Positions 10,985-18,867 of a stretch of DNA of 32,000 nucleotides are shown piece by piece (positions within the stretch are counted from its first letter, which is position 1; every line of letters begins with the position of its first letter). The DNA comes from Wolbachia endosymbiont of Drosophila innubila (lineage in GTDB: Bacteria > Pseudomonadota > Alphaproteobacteria > Rickettsiales > Anaplasmataceae). The notes beneath the pieces were generated by a model. The model searched no databases. It saw only the letters and a program-made list of their open reading frames with translations, and was not told the DNA's origin. The translations under genes and the position numbers were made by a program. Location: NCBI RefSeq assembly GCF_021378375.1, contig NZ_CP076228.1, forward strand, positions 150,001 through 182,000, given 5' to 3'.

Positions 10985-11292
10985 GAACTTTCTGCATCAT
11001 CTCAATAGTTATGTTTTTTCTTAGCATTGTAGGACTATTTAAGGTAAAATTACATGTTCAGTCGTTAAATAGAGAGCTAATAAAAATAAAAAGTGAAATT
11101 AATTTAGTACAAAGTGATATGAAAGTTTTACAAGCAGAATGGAGCTATTTGAATAATCCAAAAAGACTTGCAAGCCTTGTAAAGAAATACCTGAAAAATA
11201 ACTCTTTAATACTGGCTAGCCAGGTTAAAAATCTTGACTCTCTAAATGGCCGCAGTGTGCTAGCACAACTTAAAATCCATGATCAACAGTGA
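10981..11292 (+). CDS. ftsL: FtsL-like small cell-division membrane protein
   Basis: 103 aa with an N-terminal TM, a coiled-coil and VLQAEWSYLNNPKRLASLVKKYL. GTG start overlaps the rsmH stop, the conserved position after mraW. Confidence 0.7.
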   Translation: MRTFCIISIVMFFLSIVGLFKVKLHVQSLNRELIKIKSEINLVQSDMKVLQAEWSYLNNPKRLASLVKKYLKNNSLILASQVKNLDSLNGRSVLAQLKIHDQQ

Positions 11293-11408
11293 GATTAAGT
11301 CTTATTTTTTACAGATGAGCACATCACAATAAAACTTACTTTGTATCCGTTCAGGATAGCGGCAAGGTAGTATAACCATAGAGTAAAAGTGAGTTTACAA
11401 CAAATGGT

Positions 11409-11544
11409 GTCATCCCAGTGCTTGACACTGGGATCCAGCCTTTCCATAATCATCAAAAACATTGTATTTTAACGTAAAACAGCTATTTTTATGCTTACCA
11501 ACTTAATAAAATTCCTGGATCCCAGTGTCTGGGCACTGGGATGA
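11409..11544. repeat. MITE-like element, copy 1 (about 136 bp, about 31 bp near-perfect terminal inverted repeats)
   Basis: Left end GTCATCCCAGTGCTTGACACTGGGATCCAG; right end CTGGATCCCAGTGTCTGGGCACTGGGATGAC. Internal sequence is shared with 15984-16112. Confidence 0.85.
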
Positions 11545-11593
11545 CAAAGGAGAGCAGTGTCAGCTACTTGCATAACACCATTTGTTGTGCAAC

Positions 11594-11893
11594 TTACTTT
11601 AGTATGAAATTGCTTGCGTAAGATTTTGGCAGCCTCTTAACATTTTTTGGCATTTCAATTATGTATTTAACGTTGCGTTTTTTTGCGTAGAATACTGCTT
11701 TTTCAAGAGAATCAAACTTTAATACAATCTGTTTTTTTGGATCTTTTGAGCCAACCCACCCCATCAAAGGTTCAATGTAGTAAGAGCCAGATTCAATTTT
11801 TAGGTGCCAGAAATTTGTATTACCTAAACCAGATTGTGTTGCAGTTCTTGTTGGTTTATAAATCCTAAAAACTACTTTATCGTCAATGCCCAT
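11594..11893 (-). CDS. ETC complex I subunit, NDUFS4-like conserved region protein
   Basis: 99 aa: VFRIYKPTRTATQSGLGNTNFWHLKIE...PLMGWVGSKDPKKQIVLKFDSLEKAVFYAKKRNVKYIIEMPK, typical of NDUFS4/21 kDa complex I accessory proteins. Confidence 0.88.
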   Translation of the reverse strand: MGIDDKVVFRIYKPTRTATQSGLGNTNFWHLKIESGSYYIEPLMGWVGSKDPKKQIVLKFDSLEKAVFYAKKRNVKYIIEMPKNVKRLPKSYASNFILK

Positions 11894-12038
11894 AGTTCTT
11901 GTTAAATAAGCTTAAATATATATCTAAATAAATCCTTTCACAAACAATTAGTATGAAAGAATGAAGTTTGAAATAAATATTTTTATGTTATATTATTGTT
12001 AAATTATATTAAAAGGATTAGCTGAATAGGAGTAACCG

Positions 12039-12650
12039 ATGACGCAACAGGAAATAGTAACAATTAATGCAGAGTTACGTGATATAACAAAAACAAAAGC
12101 GATGCATTCTCTAAGGAAGAAAGGAAACATCCCTGGAATCATATATGGAAAGGGCCATGATAATGTAAATTTGACATTGTCTGCAAAGGAATTCACAAAG
12201 CAATATAAGTCAGGCTCTCTTTCTGCACATTTGATAGAGCTGAATATTTCGGGCAAAAAGGAATATGCTCTTGTTCGCGATATCCAATTGCATGTAGTAA
12301 AGGATACTGTGCAACATGTTGATTTTCAGTTTGTTGATAAAGGCAGTGAAATTAAAATAGACATACCTCTATCATTTGTGAATGAAAGTAAAGCTCCAGG
12401 AATCAAATTAGGTGGAGTGCTTAATGTTTTGTGTCGTTCTATTGCTGTTAAATGCTCTCCTGATAAAATACCTCAGGTTATTGAAGTTGATTTATCCGGT
12501 AAAATGATTGGCCAATCTATACATATCAATGATGTAAAATTACCAGAAGGTGTTAAGTTTGTAGCTCATGAAGAAGAAAATTTTACCATTGTTACAATTT
12601 CTGCTGCCGATAGTGACGTTGAAGAACCTCAAGCAGAAACAGAGGAATAG
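12039..12650 (+). CDS. rplY: 50S ribosomal protein L25/general stress protein Ctc
   Basis: 203 aa with LRKKGNIPGIIYGKGHDNVNLTLSAKEF, VQHVDFQFVDKGSEIKIDIPL and PSKAPGIKLGGVLNVLCRSI-type motifs; acidic C-terminal tail. Confidence 0.95.
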   Translation: MTQQEIVTINAELRDITKTKAMHSLRKKGNIPGIIYGKGHDNVNLTLSAKEFTKQYKSGSLSAHLIELNISGKKEYALVRDIQLHVVKDTVQHVDFQFVDKGSEIKIDIPLSFVNESKAPGIKLGGVLNVLCRSIAVKCSPDKIPQVIEVDLSGKMIGQSIHINDVKLPEGVKFVAHEEENFTIVTISAADSDVEEPQAETEE

Positions 12651-13198
12651 TGCACCTGATAGTTGGGCTTGGTAACCCTGGTAGTCAATATGAGTTAACT
12701 CATCATAATATCGGCTTCATCGTAGTTGATACAATTTGCAAATATTGGAATTTCCATTCGTTCTCTAAAAAAGCCGATTATCTGATAACCTCTGGCATAA
12801 TTAATGATAATAAAATTATGTTAATAAAGCCTTATTCATTTATGAATAATTCAGGCATCCCTGTTGCAAAAATACGAAACTTTTACAAATTATCGCTAGA
12901 TAATATCGTTGTCATACACGATGACGCTGATTTGGAACTTGGAAGAATAAAAGTAAAGAAAGGTGGTAGTTCTGCTGGACATAATGGACTTAAATCCATA
13001 GATAGTTTTATTGGCAACGATTATTGGCGCTTGAGATTTGGAGTGGGTAGACCTGAAGATCAAAGAAGCTTAGCAGATTATGTGTTATCAAAATTTTCAA
13101 ATTTTGATAATGTTACTCCCTTAGTGGAAAAAATAGCAAAAAATATACACTTAATGCTGCAAGGAGATAATACAGCTTTTATCAATTTGATTGTATAA
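12650..13198 (+). CDS. pth: Peptidyl-tRNA hydrolase
   Basis: 182 aa (GTG start) with LIVGLGNPGSQYELTHHNIGF, LIKPYSFMNNSG, VIHDDADLELGRIKVKKGGSSAGHNGLKSID and FRLRFGVGRPEDQRS-like segments. Confidence 0.97.
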   Translation: MHLIVGLGNPGSQYELTHHNIGFIVVDTICKYWNFHSFSKKADYLITSGIINDNKIMLIKPYSFMNNSGIPVAKIRNFYKLSLDNIVVIHDDADLELGRIKVKKGGSSAGHNGLKSIDSFIGNDYWRLRFGVGRPEDQRSLADYVLSKFSNFDNVTPLVEKIAKNIHLMLQGDNTAFINLIV

Positions 13199-13200
13199 TA

Positions 13201-14163
13201 TTACGAAACACAGGAAGTGTATGGTCCCAGAGTGTGATGGTGTGGATTTAGTATGAACAATTCAGGAGATTTTGTCCACTGTAAAGATATAAACTCAAAA
13301 GGTGTAAGACCCTTAAGAGTTTTGAGTCTTTTAGCATAATTGTAGGCCATAACAAAGTCATAAAGATGCTCTTTGAGTTGCTGGTGAGACTGATAGTAAT
13401 ACTTCTTAACAGTGGCATTCTTTAAAGTTTTGTTCATACGCTCAACTTGCCCATTTGTCCAAGGATGGCTAACTTTTGTTAGACGATGTTCAATGTCATT
13501 TTCTTCACAAGCTCTATCAAATATATGTTGAAAAGCGTATTTATGGCGTTTTTGGTTGGTAAATTGTACACTGTTATCTGTCAAAATAGTGTGGATTTTA
13601 TATGGTAAAATTTTAATCAAATTACGTAGAAACTCAGCAGCTATAGGTTTTGTAGCACTTTTATGCAACTCAACATACGTAAATTTGGATGTTCTATCTA
13701 TTGCAACAAACAAATATAACTTTCCTTCTTCTGTTCTGACTTCTGCAATATCAATATGGAAATAGCCTATAGGATATTGTTTGAATTTCTTTTTTGGTTT
13801 AACTTCGCCATCAACATCTGGTAGTCTGCTAATGCTGTGCCTCTGTAAGCAACGATGTAGACTAGAGCGAGTCAAGTGTGGGATTGAGGTTTGCAAAGCG
13901 TAGAGACAATCATCTAATGGCAATAGAGTATGCTTACGAAATGCAACAATTACAGCCTCCTCTTCTAAAGTTAAAACAGTTGATCTTGCATGCTTCGGAC
14001 CCATATCAGCGTCTTTGGCAAAAGACCGTTTTCTCCATTTAATGATAGTTTTTGGATTAAGGTTATAGTACCTGGAGAGTTTTGCTATGCTCTCTTTACT
14101 ATTTTGTATTGCTCTACGAATTGTCTCTGTTGTTTTGGCGCACCCATGTAATATTTGTCCCAT
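13201..14163 (-). CDS. IS481-family transposase, integrase catalytic core (DDE)
   Basis: 320 aa with an N-terminal HTH (TIRRAIQNSKESIAKLSRYYNLNPKTIIKWRKR), FHIDIAEVRTEEGKLYLFVAIDRTSKFTYVEL, ILTDNSVQFTN and HPWTNGQVERMNKTLK. Stop codon lies outside the left TIR. Confidence 0.93.
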   Translation of the reverse strand: MGQILHGCAKTTETIRRAIQNSKESIAKLSRYYNLNPKTIIKWRKRSFAKDADMGPKHARSTVLTLEEEAVIVAFRKHTLLPLDDCLYALQTSIPHLTRSSLHRCLQRHSISRLPDVDGEVKPKKKFKQYPIGYFHIDIAEVRTEEGKLYLFVAIDRTSKFTYVELHKSATKPIAAEFLRNLIKILPYKIHTILTDNSVQFTNQKRHKYAFQHIFDRACEENDIEHRLTKVSHPWTNGQVERMNKTLKNATVKKYYYQSHQQLKEHLYDFVMAYNYAKRLKTLKGLTPFEFISLQWTKSPELFILNPHHHTLGPYTSCVS

Positions 14164-14228
14164 AATTCCTCCTTTGATGGTATTGTTTTCTCATATTTTA
14201 TCATACCATCACACTCTGGGACCATACA
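13218..14228 (-). mobile_element. IS481-family insertion sequence with 24-bp terminal inverted repeats
   Basis: Perfect inverted repeats TGTATGGTCCCAGAGTGTGATGGT (13218-13241) and ACCATCACACTCTGGGACCATACA (14205-14228) flank an rve-type transposase gene. Confidence 0.93.
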
Positions 14229-14309
14229 TCCCCCCCTCCCCCCTAATTCCTATATCAAACCTTTCTTTACTAGATTATATAGTCAATATAAAAAGCCATA
14301 TAAAATTGC

Positions 14310-14412
14310 TTCCACTGCTGCCATGAGGAAATTGCTTATTCTTGCTAACTCTTTAGTCAGAGATGACAGGGTTTTTACTGAGGAATATAACTCTCTGTCT
14401 GTTTCTATCTAA
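14310..14412 (+). pseudogene. Remnant of an IS110-family transposase C-terminus
   Basis: The ORF ending at 14412 carries AAMRKLLILANSLVRDDRVFTEEYNS, the characteristic terminal segment of IS110/IS1111-type transposases. The rest of the gene is missing. Confidence 0.75.
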
Positions 14413-14421
14413 GAGCCAGTA

Positions 14422-14471
14422 TAGCTGTGGATAAGCACGTTTATACAGATAAAAGTACTTATCCACAGCTA
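14422..14471. repeat. Perfect 14-bp inverted repeat with two consensus DnaA-box 9-mers
   Basis: TAGCTGTGGATAAG (14422-14435), 22-nt spacer, CTTATCCACAGCTA (14458-14471). Embedded TGTGGATAA/TTATCCACA match the DnaA-box consensus. Confidence 0.85.
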
Positions 14472-14604
14472 CATCAATTTTTCTATTGACTTTTAACACA
14501 ACTGCTGAACAGATACATTCGTCATCCCGCTACGTGTTAGCGGCCAAGATACCGCGGCGGTATGCCGTGGGAAACCTGACTTGCATTAGCTATAAAATAG
14601 TGAT

Positions 14605-15753
14605 TTATATAAATCCCATAGCATGCCGAATGAAGCGTTTTTTGAGGAAATTTGAATTTTCAACTGCAATCAAGCCAAGATTTCTTAGTGCTTTAGCGCA
14701 GAATATTCTGTTGGAAAACATCCTATTTAATCCATCAGTTGCAAGCGCCATTGTAAAATTATCAAAGTATCTGTTACGTGAAATTTTCTTTAATAAATAA
14801 CTACTGCCAACATCAATACCAGATGCTTTTGCGGCAACTACGTGCTTTATAATACTTTCTACATCTCTAATTCCAAGATTAAGCCCTTGACCTGCAACTG
14901 GATGAATTGAATGTGCTGCATCGCCGATAAGCAAAACTCTACCCTTATATAACTTTTTTGCGAAAACAAAACTTAAAGGATAAAGTTTTCTTTCACCCTC
15001 TAATTTTATCTCTCCTAAATAAGAACCAAATCTTTTTTTAAGCTCTATAATAAATTCTTCTTCAGACAGATCCATTAGCATTTTTGAAATTTCAGATTTT
15101 TCTGTCCAAACTATCGAAGAAGTATAGCCACCCTTCATCGGTAGAATTGCAAATGGACCGCCAGGGAAAAAACGCTCCACAGCTAAGTTTTGGTGATGCA
15201 GTTCATGCTTTACATTAAATACTATGCTACTTTGTTTATAGTCAAATTTCACTGTCGGTATAGAAAATAACTCTGGTAATTTAGAGTTTTTGCCTTCAGC
15301 ACAGATAAGTAGCGATGATATTAATTCCTGGTTATTATCAAGAATCACTTCCACATATCCTGAATCACAAGCAATTGTTTTATAGGAATGTGGAGAGTAT
15401 ATATTCAGTTTATTTAGAAAATTATTGTTGATTGCATTCCATATAGTAGCATTGTTGATAACATAACCCATTGGCTCTTCGCTAACCATTTTATGATTGT
15501 AATGCACAGTAACCGCATCTAATATGCATATATCAAGTATTGGCTCAGCTTCACTTTCCACAAACTGCCAAATCCCTAACTTTTCCAATATTTTTTTCGA
15601 GCCTTGAGAAATAGCAAATGCTCGATTATCATCTACTACACGTGGTAGACTATTTTTTTCAATCACAGCTACAGACACAGAGTCACAACTGAGGCCAATG
15701 GCAGTAATAAGACCAAGTAACCCACCACCTGAAATGATTACATCATAATTCAT
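14605..15753 (-). CDS. FAD-dependent aromatic-ring hydroxylase, UbiH/UbiF/VisC/COQ6 family (ubiquinone biosynthesis)
   Basis: About 382 aa from MNYDVIISGGGLLGLITAIGLS; LLICAEGKNS and GRVLLIGDAAHSIHPVAGQGLNLGIRDVESI. The track ORF extends to 15810 but the GGGLLG-proximal Met is the better start. Confidence 0.92.
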   Translation of the reverse strand: MNYDVIISGGGLLGLITAIGLSCDSVSVAVIEKNSLPRVVDDNRAFAISQGSKKILEKLGIWQFVESEAEPILDICILDAVTVHYNHKMVSEEPMGYVINNATIWNAINNNFLNKLNIYSPHSYKTIACDSGYVEVILDNNQELISSLLICAEGKNSKLPELFSIPTVKFDYKQSSIVFNVKHELHHQNLAVERFFPGGPFAILPMKGGYTSSIVWTEKSEISKMLMDLSEEEFIIELKKRFGSYLGEIKLEGERKLYPLSFVFAKKLYKGRVLLIGDAAHSIHPVAGQGLNLGIRDVESIIKHVVAAKASGIDVGSSYLLKKISRNRYFDNFTMALATDGLNRMFSNRIFCAKALRNLGLIAVENSNFLKKRFIRHAMGFI

Positions 15754-15983
15754 TTTATTTACGCTAATTGTAAAATTATATTTTATCTGTTTTGAAAATA
15801 GTTTAAACAAACTTTATAGACAAAGACCTATAGCTAACCCAAGAAAGGTTTCCCTACGTCATACCGCGATTCATTCCATAGCTGTACGAACATTGCAATG
15901 TGGCACATAGTAAACGATGTCATGAAAGTAGCTGACACTGGAATTCAGAAAAAAGGATGATGTTATTCCAGTGCCTCTATGAT

Positions 15984-16112
15984 GTCATCCCAGTGCTTGA
16001 CACTGGGATCCAGCTTTTTCATAATCATCAAAATATTGTATTTTAACATAAAACAGCTACTTTTATGCTTACCAACTTAATAAAATTCCTGGATCCCAGT
16101 GTCTGGGCACTG
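15984..16112. repeat. MITE-like element, copy 2 (homologous to 11409-11544), right end followed by unrelated palindromic sequence
   Basis: gtcatcccagtgcttgacactgggatccagctttttcataatcatcaaaatattgtattttaacataaaacagctacttttatgcttaccaacttaataaaattcctggatcccagtgtctgggcactg matches copy 1, but the terminal GGATGAC is replaced by cccactggtggcccaaactacaacgttcgtacag. Confidence 0.85.
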
Positions 16113-16321
16113 CCCACTGGTGGCCCAAACTACAACGTTCGTACAGTTGTGCGCGGTATAGATTCCGCTAACTAGTAGCGGAATGACGGTTTTTCAAATT
16201 GTCGGTAAACCTAAGCCACTTTAGCTATATCATCTTGAGAACACCTAAAAGTAAACTTCTGTAATAAAATGTTAATTACTTCATGCTAAGATAGATCTTA
16301 TTTTATTAAAGGTATTAGTTT

Positions 16322-16951
16322 ATGACTACAGATTGCAAAGCAAAAATGTTAAATTGCATTAGTAAGTACAGAGAAGAACTTGGAGAAAACAAAGCAGCAA
16401 TCAAACAAACTTTAACTAATGATAAAATCAATATAAGCGATCACTTTTACCAGGGTGATAAAATCTGCAACGAAGAAATATTTAATGTAGGAGGCGAGTG
16501 TCAAGATACAAAACATGGTAACTCAGAATATACGTATGATGACTGGAAGCAAAAAATTGAAAAATCTCATGCTAAAGATTTGCTAAAAATGCTACAAGAT
16601 AAAGCAAAAGACAAAATATTAAAGAGTTTTGAAGATTATGAAAAGTATCATGAAAATGCTGTTGAAGCTATAAAAAGAGAATTAGACATAGATTCGAAAT
16701 TAAAGGCAATATTCAGAGAAAAGCAACAACCAGAAACTGATGAAACTCGAGCATATTATGACATTATACGAGGTTTGTATGAAAATGGAGACATGGATTC
16801 TCAATTAAAGTGCAGAGATCTTGATTGTTTTGATAGAACAATAAAGGATAATCTATCCCAAAAACAATCGGAATTAACTAATATAAAGAATAACTTTTTA
16901 GATGATACACAAAACATCTTTAAATATATTCAAGTTGAAGATAATATTTGA
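16322..16951 (+). CDS. Hypothetical protein, 209 aa, charged, predicted mostly helical
   Basis: Clean ORF with a plausible RBS (taaaggtatt) and no recognised motif: MTTDCKAKMLNCISKYREELGENKAAIKQTL...DNLSQKQSELTNIKNNFLDDTQNIFKYIQVEDNI. Confidence 0.75.
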   Translation: MTTDCKAKMLNCISKYREELGENKAAIKQTLTNDKINISDHFYQGDKICNEEIFNVGGECQDTKHGNSEYTYDDWKQKIEKSHAKDLLKMLQDKAKDKILKSFEDYEKYHENAVEAIKRELDIDSKLKAIFREKQQPETDETRAYYDIIRGLYENGDMDSQLKCRDLDCFDRTIKDNLSQKQSELTNIKNNFLDDTQNIFKYIQVEDNI

Positions 16952-17025
16952 TAGACGAATATCTATTTTATAGTAAAGAGGACAGACGAATTCTTAAAGT
17001 CTCTTTGCGTAAAGCTGTGTTTTTT

Positions 17026-18048
17026 TTAGAATTTTACAGCTATGCAATGTTTTACTGTTTCCAAAGCAATATCTTTATAAATTTTTGCCAAATCCTCACT
17101 TAACATTAAAGGATTTCCGCAATCAGAAGCATGGCATATTTGTGGATCTAGAGGAACTCTGCCTAGAAGTTTGATGCCCAGCTCCTCAGACATTTTTTTT
17201 GCACCGTCTTTTCCAAATATGTATATTTTTGAGCCGCTTTGAATGAAATAACTCATATTTTCTACAATGCCAATAACCGGTACGCTGAGCTTTGTAAACA
17301 TATCATAAATTTTGCGAGCATCGATTAAAGAGAGCTTCTGTGGAGTTGAAACTATTATCGCCCCAGTTAAGTTAAAATTTTCCATAAGACTTAAATGCAC
17401 ATCGCCAGTTCCAGGTGGTGTATCAACTATCAAATACTCTATATCGGACCATTTTGTTCCCATTAGCAGATTATAAAGTGCTTTTGTAATCATAGGTCCG
17501 CGCCATATTGCTGCACGATCTTTATCGATAAAATAGCCAATTGAAATAGTATGCAGTCCATACTTTTCTATAGGCATTGCTTTACTATCCTGTATTTCTG
17601 GCTTTAATTTTTCAGCGCCAAGCATTTTAGGAATTGAAGGACCATATATATCTGCATCAACCAGCGCAATTTTGTGTTTTAACTTTGCTAATGAGAGAGC
17701 AAGATTTAGCGCAACTGTGGACTTGCCCACACCGCCTTTACCAGAGGCCACAACGATTATATTTTTCACTCCTTCGATATGTAATTTAGCTTTTTGTTGC
17801 CCAGTTTGTTTTTGACAAGTAGCAACCACGGTCACTTTTGTCACCCCCGGTATAGCTTTAACAGCTTGCTCACAATTTCTTCTTAATTCTTCATTTGCTT
17901 GCGTGTTACCGGCAACTTCAAGCACAAAACCAACATCTTGACCTTTAATAATAATTGAGGATATTATGCCAAGAGCGATCACATCTTTACCGCTTTTTTG
18001 CTCTATGACTTTTTTTAAGTTCTCTCTTACAATTTTTTCGTTGATCAT
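17026..18048 (-). CDS. Mrp/ApbC/NBP35-family Fe-S cluster carrier ATPase
   Basis: VVASGKGGVGKSTVALNLALSLAKLKHKIALVDADIYGPSIPKMLG, DYLIVDTPPGTGDVHLSL and GIVENMSYF, plus an N-terminal DUF59-like domain. Best start MINEKIVRENLKK (18046-18048); the track start at 18159 is an upstream extension. Confidence 0.95.
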   Translation of the reverse strand: MINEKIVRENLKKVIEQKSGKDVIALGIISSIIIKGQDVGFVLEVAGNTQANEELRRNCEQAVKAIPGVTKVTVVATCQKQTGQQKAKLHIEGVKNIIVVASGKGGVGKSTVALNLALSLAKLKHKIALVDADIYGPSIPKMLGAEKLKPEIQDSKAMPIEKYGLHTISIGYFIDKDRAAIWRGPMITKALYNLLMGTKWSDIEYLIVDTPPGTGDVHLSLMENFNLTGAIIVSTPQKLSLIDARKIYDMFTKLSVPVIGIVENMSYFIQSGSKIYIFGKDGAKKMSEELGIKLLGRVPLDPQICHASDCGNPLMLSEDLAKIYKDIALETVKHCIAVKF

Positions 18049-18055
18049 TAGCCTT

Positions 18056-18366
18056 TTAGGTGATTTCTTCCTGAAGTCGTTTAATCTCAGCTTGAGGAAG
18101 GCCGGTTGTCTGAGAGATAATATCAATAGAGATGTCAGCTTTAAGTAAATTTTTTGCAACTTCGATTTTTCCTTTCTCTATACCTTCCTCAAGTTTGTAT
18201 TCAAGAATGGCTTCTTCTTTCCGCAGATCCATTATTCTTTCTTCATATGCTACTAAATCTTTTTCATTCCAGCTAAACCTGTCTAATTCATCGTAGGCTA
18301 ACTTTATTATTGGTGCTTTTTCTGCTATTTTCCTTAAGTCTTCTTCCGCAGTTTCATCTGCATATT
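18056..18366 (-). pseudogene. 3' fragment of an Rpn/PD-(D/E)XK nuclease-family transposase-associated gene, 5' end lost and replaced by group II intron sequence
   Basis: ADETAEEDLRKIAEKAPIIKLAYDELDRFSWNEKDLVAYEERIMDLRKEEAILEYKLEEGIEKGKIEVAKNLLKADISIDIISQTTGLPQAEIKRLQEEI is the typical C-terminus of this family. The preceding residues of the track ORF (MCMKSSKLERSRMRRKVSRTVLKSSEEGRPSSL) are translated intron RNA. Confidence 0.8.
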
Positions 18367-18867
18367 GTTGTCTAAGTGAAGAAGGTCGCCCCTCCTCACT
18401 CGACTTCAAAACCGTACGTGAGACTTTGCGCCTCATACGGCTTCTCTCCAATTTGGAGCTTTTCATGCACACCTCCTGTGTAATTCATCGTGACAATGTC
18501 CATGTAACAAAGATAAGTTTTTGATCATGTTGTTTCGTCTATTCCGGTCTTTGTGATGTATTTCTATTGTATCATCACTTTTAAACCATAGTCTACAATT
18601 ATCACATTTACTTTATTGTAACTTCAATAGTTTTATTACTCTTAATGGCTTATCTGGTATTTTTCTCAGACGTTTACCCCAATAAACCCAATCACCATCA
18701 TATGGAGATCTGGTTTTTTGCACTTTGATATGTCGTTTAATAACATGATCGCTGTGTATAATAAAATGTATCTTGTTACTTGTCATAAAACGCCAGTTAT
18801 CGTTATTATACTTTTTAAAGTATTTTCTTTTTATCCAGCATTTCCCTTTGTTTGGGTGCCTAAAGAC
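18367..18867 (-). mobile_element. Group II intron 3' remnant: C-terminal RT/HNH coding part plus domains V and VI
   Basis: Minus-strand peptide HPNKGKCWIKRKYFKK...HVIKRHIKVQKTRSPYDGDWVYWGKRLRKIPDKPLRVIKLLKLQ*SKCDNCRLWFKSDDTIEIHHKDRNRRNNMIKNLSLLHGHCHDELH, followed by D5-like AAGCCGTATGAGGCGCAAAGTCTCACGTACGGTTT and D6 hairpin GTGAGGAGGG-GCGA-CCTTCTTCAC with a bulged A. Confidence 0.88.

Noticed and set aside
11999-12256. Minus-strand 85 aa ORF overlapping rplY
   Set aside because: Overlaps the 5' end of a clear L25/Ctc gene and has no independent support.
14422-14471. Calling this the chromosomal replication origin
   Set aside because: Only two DnaA boxes are present, the flanking genes are not those reported around the Wolbachia ori to my knowledge, and genome-wide skew cannot be assessed here. 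It is kept only as a palindromic DnaA-box finding.
14605-15810. N-terminal extension of the UbiH-like ORF (MFKLFSKQIKYNFTISVNK)
   Set aside because: The Rossmann dinucleotide-binding motif normally starts within the first few residues, so MNYDVIISGGG is the likely start.
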